A stretch of 20,765 nt of DNA. Source: a virus. The stretch lies in IMG/VR virus record IMGVR_UViG_3300045988_172498. The stretch is one strand, 5' to 3'. This document shows, in pieces, positions 1-6,397 of this stretch (position 1 is its first letter; each line of letters starts with the position of its first letter). A program made the position numbers and the translations under genes. Below the pieces are notes generated by a model. The model had not been told where the DNA came from and made no database searches. It was given only the letters and a program-made list of their open reading frames with translations.

Positions 1-214
1 CATGTTTTCTATATTGTATATTGTTATATTAGTTATATTAATAATACATTTTTACCCTTTTTTTCCCCAATAACTATTATATTTTATAACTAATTGGACT
101 ATAGGTATATTATTTTTCATAATCTATACTAAAAAATTCATTATAATTATAATTATTCTGAACGCAGACAAAATTTTTGTCCAAAATCGAACATACGTTC
201 TATACATATTATAC

Positions 215-253
215 AATATAACTAATATAACAATATACAATATAGAAAACATG
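215..253 (-). repeat. Internal inverted copy of the terminal 39-mer (reverse complement of 1..39)
   Basis: 215..253 (AATATAACTAATATAACAATATACAATATAGAAAACATG) is the exact reverse complement of 1..39. The match breaks at position 40 versus 214. Confidence 0.95.
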
Positions 254-314
254 TTCTAAACATTTGTTCTATGTAGATAGATATACATATTATAAATAAA
301 CATATAAAAAAGTG

Positions 315-343
315 TTGACAAGATGGAGTAATCGTGCTATAAT
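315..343 (+). promoter_or_regulatory. Sigma-A-type promoter inside the left ITR, firing inward
   Basis: TTGACA at 315-320, a 17-bp spacer, and TGcTATAAT (extended -10) with TATAAT at 338-343. It is preceded by the TATAAAAAAGTG A-tract box shared with the other early promoters. Confidence 0.8.
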
Positions 344-387
344 ATAGATATAGTAAAGAGAGGTTGACACACAATAAATAAAAATAA

Positions 388-451
388 TAAAAAAGTGTTG
401 ATAAGCTAATTAAAAGATGATATAATATAGTTACAGTAAAGAAAAGAGGTA
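388..451 (+). repeat. Copy 1 of a 64-bp promoter/5'UTR/RBS cassette
   Basis: 388..451 and 829..892 are identical except for 2 mismatches: T/C in the -35 hexamer and G/A in the leader. Confidence 0.9.
398..426 (+). promoter_or_regulatory. Sigma-A-type promoter for ORF 459..794
   Basis: TTGATA at 398-403, a 17-bp spacer, and TGaTATAAT with TATAAT at 421-426. The RBS AAGAGG lies upstream of the ATG at 459. Confidence 0.8.
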
Positions 452-458
452 TTAAAAA

Positions 459-794
459 ATGACAGTATTAGAATTTATTAAAAAAGTAGAAAACGCAGAC
501 AATTGGAACGATATAGAAGTTGATGAATATAAAGAATATTTATCTATATATGGTATTGATTATGATAAATATTATTGTCCAGATTTTATGTGGGACGATT
601 TCTTAGCAGTTGTTAAAGTTGAATTGATTAAATATATAGACCGTAATTCTGAATATAATTACTTTTATAATGATGGTACTGGTGATATTGAATTTGGTAA
701 TGGTTATGAGAATGTTAGTATTTATGATGATAAAGATAATATAGTAAATGTAATTGAAAAACTAACAGAATTTAAAAATATAGTATGTGATTAG
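459..794 (+). CDS. Hypothetical early protein (111 aa), paralog of ORF 19929..20309
   Basis: ATG with RBS AAGAGGT about 8 nt upstream and its own consensus promoter. The N-terminal roughly 60 aa align by eye with the rightmost gene (LEFIKKVENADNWNDIEVDEYKEYL versus LDFINKVETVDKWEDIDEKEYNKNL). Confidence 0.75.
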   Translation: MTVLEFIKKVENADNWNDIEVDEYKEYLSIYGIDYDKYYCPDFMWDDFLAVVKVELIKYIDRNSEYNYFYNDGTGDIEFGNGYENVSIYDDKDNIVNVIEKLTEFKNIVCD

Positions 795-828
795 ATTTAA
801 TCGGCTTGTCAATACATAAATAAAAATA

Positions 829-892
829 TAAAAAAGTGTTGACAAGCTAATTAAAAGATGATATAATATAGTTACAATAAAGAAAAGAGGTA
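829..892 (+). repeat. Copy 2 of the 64-bp promoter/5'UTR/RBS cassette
   Basis: Near-identical to 388..451 (2 mismatches). Confidence 0.9.
839..867 (+). promoter_or_regulatory. Sigma-A-type promoter for ORF 899..1291
   Basis: TTGACA at 839-844, a 17-bp spacer, and TGaTATAAT with TATAAT at 862-867. Confidence 0.8.
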
Positions 893-898
893 CAGTGA

Positions 899-1291
899 AT
901 GATTAATAATTTAAATAATAGAATGGTAACAGTAGTTAAAAATAAAATAGCAGAATGTTATAGAATAATGGATATAAAATCTTTAAAAATGGGAAAAGAT
1001 AAGGAAGAAATTAGCAAAATAAGTCACGAATTAAGCAGAAAATTTTTTACTGATGTAATATTAAAATTTGAAAATGATATGTTTGATTACTTTAATACAA
1101 ATTATCAGACTAATGTTAGGTTTGGCTATGAAATTATTAGAAAAAATCATTTATTTAATGAAGTTGCTGATGATAGTATTGAATTAGATGATATTAAAGA
1201 CAAGGGATACAGATATTTTTTAGAATATTGTCCAACAATAAAATTATTTGAATTTTACTATATGATTGATGATTTTATACAAAAATTATAA
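899..1291 (+). CDS. Hypothetical early protein (130 aa)
   Basis: ORF with RBS AAGAGG at 885-890 and a consensus promoter upstream. No recognisable domain. Confidence 0.7.
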   Translation: MINNLNNRMVTVVKNKIAECYRIMDIKSLKMGKDKEEISKISHELSRKFFTDVILKFENDMFDYFNTNYQTNVRFGYEIIRKNHLFNEVADDSIELDDIKDKGYRYFLEYCPTIKLFEFYYMIDDFIQKL

Positions 1292-1309
1292 AAATTTGAG
1301 GTAAAATAA

Positions 1310-1498
1310 ATGTTAGATAAATATTATTATATTTCTAGTTTTCATAGCTTTTTACAAATTAGAAGATATTACAAAGTAAAAATTATAGAAATTGTAGATA
1401 GCGATTTTATGATGTTTAAAACTGATAAAAATATAAATCAAGATGATTTGTTAAGATTTAAAGTTAAAATATTTGATATGGATAGATTACTAAAATAG
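1310..1498 (+). CDS. Hypothetical early protein (62 aa)
   Basis: ATG preceded by GAGGT with about 8 nt spacing, tightly following the previous ORF. No recognisable domain. Confidence 0.55.
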   Translation: MLDKYYYISSFHSFLQIRRYYKVKIIEIVDSDFMMFKTDKNINQDDLLRFKVKIFDMDRLLK

Positions 1499-1695
1499 GT
1501 ATTAAAAGATGAATAATAAAAATGATGTTTGGTGTGGTATTAAAAGACCACGTCAATAAAAAATAAAAAAGGTAGTATTAAAAAGAGATAATTATAATAC
1601 TATAAATAGATTGTTGATAATTATAAACAATTTTATTAAGTTATTATTGTTAATAAATTTACTTGTTATTTCATCAAAATTTTTATAAAAAAGAC

Positions 1696-1724
1696 TTGAC
1701 AATGTAAAAACTTTGATGTATAAT
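1696..1724 (+). promoter_or_regulatory. Sigma-A-type promoter for the replication-gene operon
   Basis: TTGACA at 1696-1701, a 17-bp spacer and TATAAT at 1719-1724, preceded by TATAAAAAAGAC. It is followed by the strong RBS GGGGGGAGG. Confidence 0.8.
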
Positions 1725-1759
1725 ATAAGTATAAAAGATGAGGGGGGAGGTAAATAGTT

Positions 1760-2014
1760 TTGGGTAAAGAGTATAAAATAATTACCAAACAAGAAATAAA
1801 AGAGCTTGACTTAGACGATATCAAAAATGAAAATTCTGATAACTTAGTATCTTATGTATTTGATGATAATAAGTTGGTTTATGGTCTTGATAAATTTGGT
1901 AACATTTATTATCCATTCTCAAGTTGTTCAGGAATTAGCACAAGACAATATATTAATAAACTTGGGCAACAGGGTAGATTATTATGGATAAAAAGGACTA
2001 CACACGATGTATAG
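1760..2014 (+). CDS. Hypothetical early protein (84 aa), TTG start
   Basis: TTG start at 1760 lies about 8 nt after GGGGGGAGG. It is the first ORF after the promoter at 1696. Confidence 0.6.
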   Translation: MGKEYKIITKQEIKELDLDDIKNENSDNLVSYVFDDNKLVYGLDKFGNIYYPFSSCSGISTRQYINKLGQQGRLLWIKRTTHDV

Positions 2015-2301
2015 AGTTATTATTAGAATATATTGATAAATACTGTAATGAAAAGATAAATTTTTATAGCGTTAAAGTTAGAGCAATGGTAAACAATAAT
2101 AATTTACAACATTTTGAAGAACAATTTATAGTATATTTCCTAAAAAAATTCAATGGTGTATTATCTTTTAAGGTTAAATTATTTTTAAAAAATTGCAACT
2201 TTAATGACTATGAAGAATATTACAAATTATGGGATAGTATCAAATATTTGAGAACTGAAGAAAAGATAATAAAAAAAATAGCTAATTATAAAAATAATTA
2301 G
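1984..2301 (+). CDS. Hypothetical early protein (105 aa). Its position is analogous to the phi29 gene 6 DNA-binding protein, but no similarity is seen
   Basis: The ORF overlaps the previous one by 31 nt. It lies upstream of SSB/TP/polB, as gene 6 does in phi29. This is a positional argument only. Confidence 0.55.
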   Translation: MDKKDYTRCIELLLEYIDKYCNEKINFYSVKVRAMVNNNNLQHFEEQFIVYFLKKFNGVLSFKVKLFLKNCNFNDYEEYYKLWDSIKYLRTEEKIIKKIANYKNN

Positions 2302-2466
2302 CTATATGATGAACAAAAAGCTTTTTAAAATGCGATAGATTAAGTCGCAATATAAACTATACTACAAGTTAATGTATAATCTTGTACAGTTTATAGATTA
2401 AAAACATCAATTTGTTCTATAACTATTATAACATATTTAAATTTAAAAAACAATGGAGGATAAATA

Positions 2467-2814
2467 ATGAATAACGTACAATTAATAGGTAGATTTGTAA
2501 GGGATATTGAAATTAAAAGTGTTAACGAAAAAACAGTGGTTGCTAATTTTACATTGGCAGTAAATGGTTACGGTGATAAAACAGATTTCATCAATTGTGT
2601 CGCTTTTAACAAAACGGCTGAAAACTTAGCAAAATGGACTAAAAAAGGGGATATTATAGGAATTACTGGAAGTATCACAACAGGAAGTTACGAAAATAAA
2701 AACGGTGCTAAAGTTTTTACTACTGATGTTTTAGTAAATAATTTCACTTTTTTGCCAAATTCTAAAAAAGAAGAAAAGCAAGAAACACAAGACAAACCAT
2801 TTGGTAGATATTAA
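2467..2814 (+). CDS. ssb: Single-stranded DNA-binding protein, bacterial OB-fold SSB family (115 aa)
   Basis: RBS GGAGG upstream. The sequence MNNVQLIGRFVRDIEIKS...VANFTLAV...DFINCVAFNKTAENLAKWTKKGDIIGITGSI...Y matches the canonical SSB OB-fold pattern (N-terminal xxxLIGRL, DFI..V.W.K.AE, KG..I.V.G). It is short and lacks the usual acidic D-D-D-I/L-P-F tip. Confidence 0.85.
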   Translation: MNNVQLIGRFVRDIEIKSVNEKTVVANFTLAVNGYGDKTDFINCVAFNKTAENLAKWTKKGDIIGITGSITTGSYENKNGAKVFTTDVLVNNFTFLPNSKKEEKQETQDKPFGRY

Positions 2815-3563
2815 TGAACAAGAAAAAATCAAGAGGGGCAATGATTGCCTCTCTGACTACTCAAAGACGTAACCTTTTAAGGGGTGGAGCAAATAAAAAC
2901 GAAGTTAACAAACTTTATAGATTGTCTAATACTTCAAGTTTTTCCAATCTTAATGATAAAGAGTTGACAAGTTTATATAATGAGATAAAAAGCTATGGTA
3001 AATTATCAGTTATGCACGATGTACCTTATTCGTTAGATAGTAAAGATGGATTGATACGTTCTTCTACTTATGAAGAAAACGCTCAAAGATACAGAGATTA
3101 TAAAAAGAATGTTCGTGGTATAACATCAACTGTTGAAGAAAATGTATCTATAAATAAAGCTAAAAATTATATTATGATGAAATATAATTCAAATCGTGAT
3201 ATTCACTTAGAAGAATTAGAAACTGCGAAAAGATTTCAAGCTAAAATTTTTGAGAATTTAACATATGTAATTAAACACAATAAACGCACAAGTGATGAAG
3301 AGAAAAAACAATATAATAAACTAGTTAAAAAACTTAATTCTTTAAAACCTGAACAGTTTTTGAAATTTTATTACTCTACTAAAGAGAATAAAATTAATTA
3401 TGATGAACTTGTTAAAGACTCTCCAAAATCGCTAAATTTATTAGTAACACACTCAAATGAACAAGAGGAACTTTTAACAGTTGCTAATAATAGATTAGTG
3501 GATATTGATAAAGAATTATCAGATTTTACAAAAACAGATAGAATTTTTGGAGATAGGAAGTAA
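2814..3563 (+). CDS. Putative terminal protein (249 aa)
   Basis: The gene lies immediately upstream of the protein-primed polB and is translationally coupled to it (TAATG and ATG overlaps). It has a basic N-terminus and a size close to phi29 TP (266 aa). The C-terminal segment LNSLKPEQFLKFYYS...NYDELVKDS resembles my recalled phi29 TP region LKKIPPDDFYELF...FEEFDSEG around the priming serine. Confidence 0.6.
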   Translation: MNKKKSRGAMIASLTTQRRNLLRGGANKNEVNKLYRLSNTSSFSNLNDKELTSLYNEIKSYGKLSVMHDVPYSLDSKDGLIRSSTYEENAQRYRDYKKNVRGITSTVEENVSINKAKNYIMMKYNSNRDIHLEELETAKRFQAKIFENLTYVIKHNKRTSDEEKKQYNKLVKKLNSLKPEQFLKFYYSTKENKINYDELVKDSPKSLNLLVTHSNEQEELLTVANNRLVDIDKELSDFTKTDRIFGDRK

Positions 3564-5413
3564 TGAGTAAATTTTCAACAGTAACATCAAGAAAAAGTAA
3601 AAAAAGAAATAATTCAGAATTTTATTTATTAGCAGCAGATTTTGAAACTACAACAATTTTTGAAAAAAATCTTGATAGAGATATTAATAATAAAAAACTT
3701 GAAACTTGGTTAAATTGCTTTGTAGATATTAGAAAATGCTATGATATTGAAGAATACAGAATTTCAACAAGTACACAAGAATTTTTTGAACAAGTACATA
3801 ATCAGATTGAACAACAAGATAACAATGATGTAATTATATATTTTCACAATTTAAAGTTTGACGGAAGTTATATTTTAAATTATTTTAATTCAATTGGACA
3901 AGATTTTTCAACGTTTATTAACGATATGGGGCAATGGTATTCAATAGAATATACTTATAAAGATTATACTATAGTAATAAGAGATAGTTTGAAAATATTG
4001 AATTTTTCTATAAAACAAATCGGTAAAGATATGTTGAAAACAGTTGAAAAGGGTGTAACACCTTTGACGGAGGAAAAAATTCCTCTTGATGTTTGTTATC
4101 AAAAAGGATATGTTGATTATGTAATTCGTGATGTTGAGATTTTAGCAAAAGCACTTAACAAAATGATTTTTGAACAACATTTTGAAAAATTTACTGCAAG
4201 TAGTCAAGCACTTGCAACATATAAAGAGATAATCGGATTTGATACTTTTAGATGGTTATTTCCAGTTTTAAAAAATGATGAAATTATGCGTATGGGTTAT
4301 CGTGGTGGTTGGACTTATGCAAATCCAGTTTTTCAAAATAAAGAAATCAAGGGTGATATAAAGGTTTTTGATAAAAACTCTATGTATCCAGCTATTATGT
4401 TAAATTATCCTCTACCTTGTGGTTATCCTCGAAAATTAGAATATGATTACACTAAAGAAAAGGAGGATATTATTTTCAAAGAATTTGAAGGGTGTTGTTA
4501 TATTTATAATTTAAATATAGCTTTTGATATAAAAGATAATCACTTACCCTCTATTCAAATTAAAGTTGCAAATAAAGAATATTTTAAAGATAATCAATAT
4601 TTTAAGGATATGATTTTAGCTAATAAAGACAATTTATTTATGTTAGATAAAACTCAACGTGATTATTTAACTACAAGTGGCGGTTTTTATTTTAATATAT
4701 CATTAACAAATTATGATTTGGATTTGATAAAAAGACAATATGATTTCAGAATTATGCCAAATTCAAAGGTTATAAAATATGAATTTACAGCTAAAAAAGG
4801 TATGTTTGACACTTATATTAATCATTATAAAGAAAAAAAGATAGAGGGTAAAAAAATCGGTAACGCAGTAATGACACAAGATGCCAAATTAAAATTAAAT
4901 TCTTTGTACGGTAAATTTGGTACTAAAAAATTGATACAAGAAAAGGAAGTATTTTTTGATGATGATGTACTAAAATTTAAAACTGATTTGGAATTATCAG
5001 AAACAAACGGCGTTTACGTACCCTTGGCAATGTTTGTTACATCAATTGGAAGATGGGAGATTATAAACAATGCTCAAGATAATTATAATAATTTTCTTTA
5101 TAGTGATACTGATAGTTTACATTTATTAGATGAGGGACAAAAAATAAAACTAAATATTGATGAATACAAATTTGGTGATTGGAAAATTGAAGAGCAAGCA
5201 ACAAGGGGTAAATATTTAAGAGCAAAACTCTACATTGAAGAATTGATTGACGGAACTTTATCAGTTAGAGGTGCTGGAATGACGGAAGAAATAAAAAAAC
5301 AAGTCACTTTTGATAATTTTAAATTGGGTGCAAGTTTTGACGGGAAAAAAGCAAGTAAACAAATAAAAGGTGGAGTATTAATATATAATACAACATTTTC
5401 AATAAAAGAATGA
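3563..5413 (+). CDS. Protein-primed family-B DNA polymerase (616 aa), phi29 gp2-like
   Basis: All the expected motifs are visible: Exo I AADFETTT, Exo II FHNLKFDGSYIL, Exo III YVDYVIRDVEIL, motif A VFDKNSMYPA, motif B KLKLNSLYGKFG, motif C YSDTDSL, and KxY KYLRAKLY. Confidence 0.97.
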   Translation: MSKFSTVTSRKSKKRNNSEFYLLAADFETTTIFEKNLDRDINNKKLETWLNCFVDIRKCYDIEEYRISTSTQEFFEQVHNQIEQQDNNDVIIYFHNLKFDGSYILNYFNSIGQDFSTFINDMGQWYSIEYTYKDYTIVIRDSLKILNFSIKQIGKDMLKTVEKGVTPLTEEKIPLDVCYQKGYVDYVIRDVEILAKALNKMIFEQHFEKFTASSQALATYKEIIGFDTFRWLFPVLKNDEIMRMGYRGGWTYANPVFQNKEIKGDIKVFDKNSMYPAIMLNYPLPCGYPRKLEYDYTKEKEDIIFKEFEGCCYIYNLNIAFDIKDNHLPSIQIKVANKEYFKDNQYFKDMILANKDNLFMLDKTQRDYLTTSGGFYFNISLTNYDLDLIKRQYDFRIMPNSKVIKYEFTAKKGMFDTYINHYKEKKIEGKKIGNAVMTQDAKLKLNSLYGKFGTKKLIQEKEVFFDDDVLKFKTDLELSETNGVYVPLAMFVTSIGRWEIINNAQDNYNNFLYSDTDSLHLLDEGQKIKLNIDEYKFGDWKIEEQATRGKYLRAKLYIEELIDGTLSVRGAGMTEEIKKQVTFDNFKLGASFDGKKASKQIKGGVLIYNTTFSIKE

Positions 5414-5445
5414 GGGAACAAATATTCCCTCATATTTTTATTTCT
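5411..5445. terminator. Bidirectional rho-independent terminator between the convergent polB and endolysin genes
   Basis: An 8-bp stem TGAGGGAA (5411-5418) pairs with TTCCCTCA (5425-5432) around the 6-nt loop CAAATA. It is followed by TATTTTTATTTC on the + strand and by TTCTTTTATTG on the minus strand. Confidence 0.8.
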
Positions 5446-6397
5446 TTACTAAAAATTTATATCTATCTTTAATAAAATCATCTATGTTGTCGCTATCTTT
5501 AATATGGTATGTTGAATAGTTTGTCAAACCATAATTTTTGCCTTTAATTTTACCTAACTTTTCTTCACCTATAGCGATTATAGTATCTCCAGATTTTACC
5601 ATTCTTCCAAAATCAAGATTGAATTTACAAGGTACTAATAACGCTTTGTGAATTTCTGCTATTTTTAACGCTTTGTCTAAATTTTTATCAGTAAATGTGA
5701 CAACTGTATTTTTTAATTGGTCTTTAATTTCTTTTGTAATTTCCATTTTTTTAACCTCTTTTTTTATATCTTTTTTATATCCATTAAGTCCATTCATTTT
5801 TATTATATTTGGATAATCAATATAACAATAGTTTGTATCTACACCACCTTCTTCAGTTGAAGGAATACCGTACCATTTCATAGCATTTGTAAATTGGTGC
5901 ATAGGGTAAATTCCTTTGTAATTTACATATCTTGACCAGTGAGCAATCCAAATATCGTAATTTTTAATATCGTTATAATTAAAATTTCTATTTAAAAATG
6001 CTCTATTAGTATATATTCCTACATAACAACCTAGTTTTTCAATTTCTTTTAGATATTTTGTTGTATAAAATGTTATTTGTGATTTTGTTAGGTTTTTACC
6101 TTTTATACTAAAATCTTCAATATCAAAATAAATAGGATATTCAAATTGTTTATTTTTTATAGCTTGTTTTGTTAGTTGTATTTCAGTATCAATATTTAAA
6201 TAACTTGCAATATAGCAACCTACAGGTATTCCTACTCTTTTACATTCTTTATAATTATAATCAAATGTTTTATCAATGTATCCTCCGTTGTATCCACTTC
6301 CCAAACGTAAAATTGCAAATTGCACTCCAGATTTTTTGGCTTGTTCCCAATTTATTTTTCCATTATATTTTGATACATCAACTCCAATTTTTACCAT
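5438..6397 (-). CDS. Endolysin: N-terminal GH25 muramidase plus a C-terminal domain of about 100 aa, putatively cell-wall-binding (319 aa)
   Basis: The N-terminus MVKIGVDVSKYNGKINWEQAKKSGVQFAILRLG...GCYIASY is typical of glycoside hydrolase family 25 lysozymes. RBS GGAGG is upstream and the start overlaps the stop of the upstream membrane-protein gene (TAATG). This is the last gene of the late operon. Confidence 0.88.
   Translation of the reverse strand: MVKIGVDVSKYNGKINWEQAKKSGVQFAILRLGSGYNGGYIDKTFDYNYKECKRVGIPVGCYIASYLNIDTEIQLTKQAIKNKQFEYPIYFDIEDFSIKGKNLTKSQITFYTTKYLKEIEKLGCYVGIYTNRAFLNRNFNYNDIKNYDIWIAHWSRYVNYKGIYPMHQFTNAMKWYGIPSTEEGGVDTNYCYIDYPNIIKMNGLNGYKKDIKKEVKKMEITKEIKDQLKNTVVTFTDKNLDKALKIAEIHKALLVPCKFNLDFGRMVKSGDTIIAIGEEKLGKIKGKNYGLTNYSTYHIKDSDNIDDFIKDRYKFLVKK

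Larger units (their letters stand above)
1..382. repeat. Left inverted terminal repeat (ITR), 382 bp
   Basis: The reverse complement of 20384..20765 reads identically to 1..382, spot-checked by eye along the whole length. The first mismatch is at 383 (A) versus the complement of 20383 (G). Long ITRs at both window ends, together with a protein-primed polB, indicate true linear genome termini. Confidence 0.95.

Noticed and set aside
1-253. A 253-bp segment flanked by 39-bp inverted repeats, considered as a MITE-like mobile element or invertible segment
   Set aside because: There are no target-site duplications and no transposase or invertase in the genome, and the element sits exactly at the physical termini in both ITR copies. 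A replication-related fold-back origin is more parsimonious (see the finding on the nested inverted repeat).
804-847. Inverted repeat GCTTGTCAA (804-812) / TTGACAAGC (839-847) after ORF 459..794, considered as a terminator
   Set aside because: The loop is 26 nt and no U-tract follows. The 3' arm is simply the -35 region of the next promoter. At most it is a weak read-through attenuator, and I cannot support a terminator call.
1509-1559. 16-codon mini-ORF (MNNKNDVWCGIKRPRQ) after ORF 1310..1498
   Set aside because: It is too short to support. The upstream AGGTATTAAAAG resembles an RBS-plus-spacer, but this string is one of three repeated boxes in a non-coding region.
1592-1792. Minus-strand 66-aa ORF in the 1499..1759 intergenic region
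   Set aside because: It runs antisense through the consensus promoter and RBS of the replication operon. Its start has no RBS, and the translation is low-complexity I/L/F/N sequence typical of AT-rich non-coding DNA.
2375-2380. TATAAT in the loop of the 2351..2395 hairpin, considered as a promoter for ssb/TP/polB
   Set aside because: The sequence 17 bp upstream (ATAAAC) is a poor -35 and there is no proper TGn extension. The operon is more simply served by the consensus promoter at 1696.
5230-5433. Minus-strand 67-aa ORF overlapping the 3' end of polB
   Set aside because: It lies entirely antisense to the polymerase gene and starts inside the terminator hairpin. It has no RBS.
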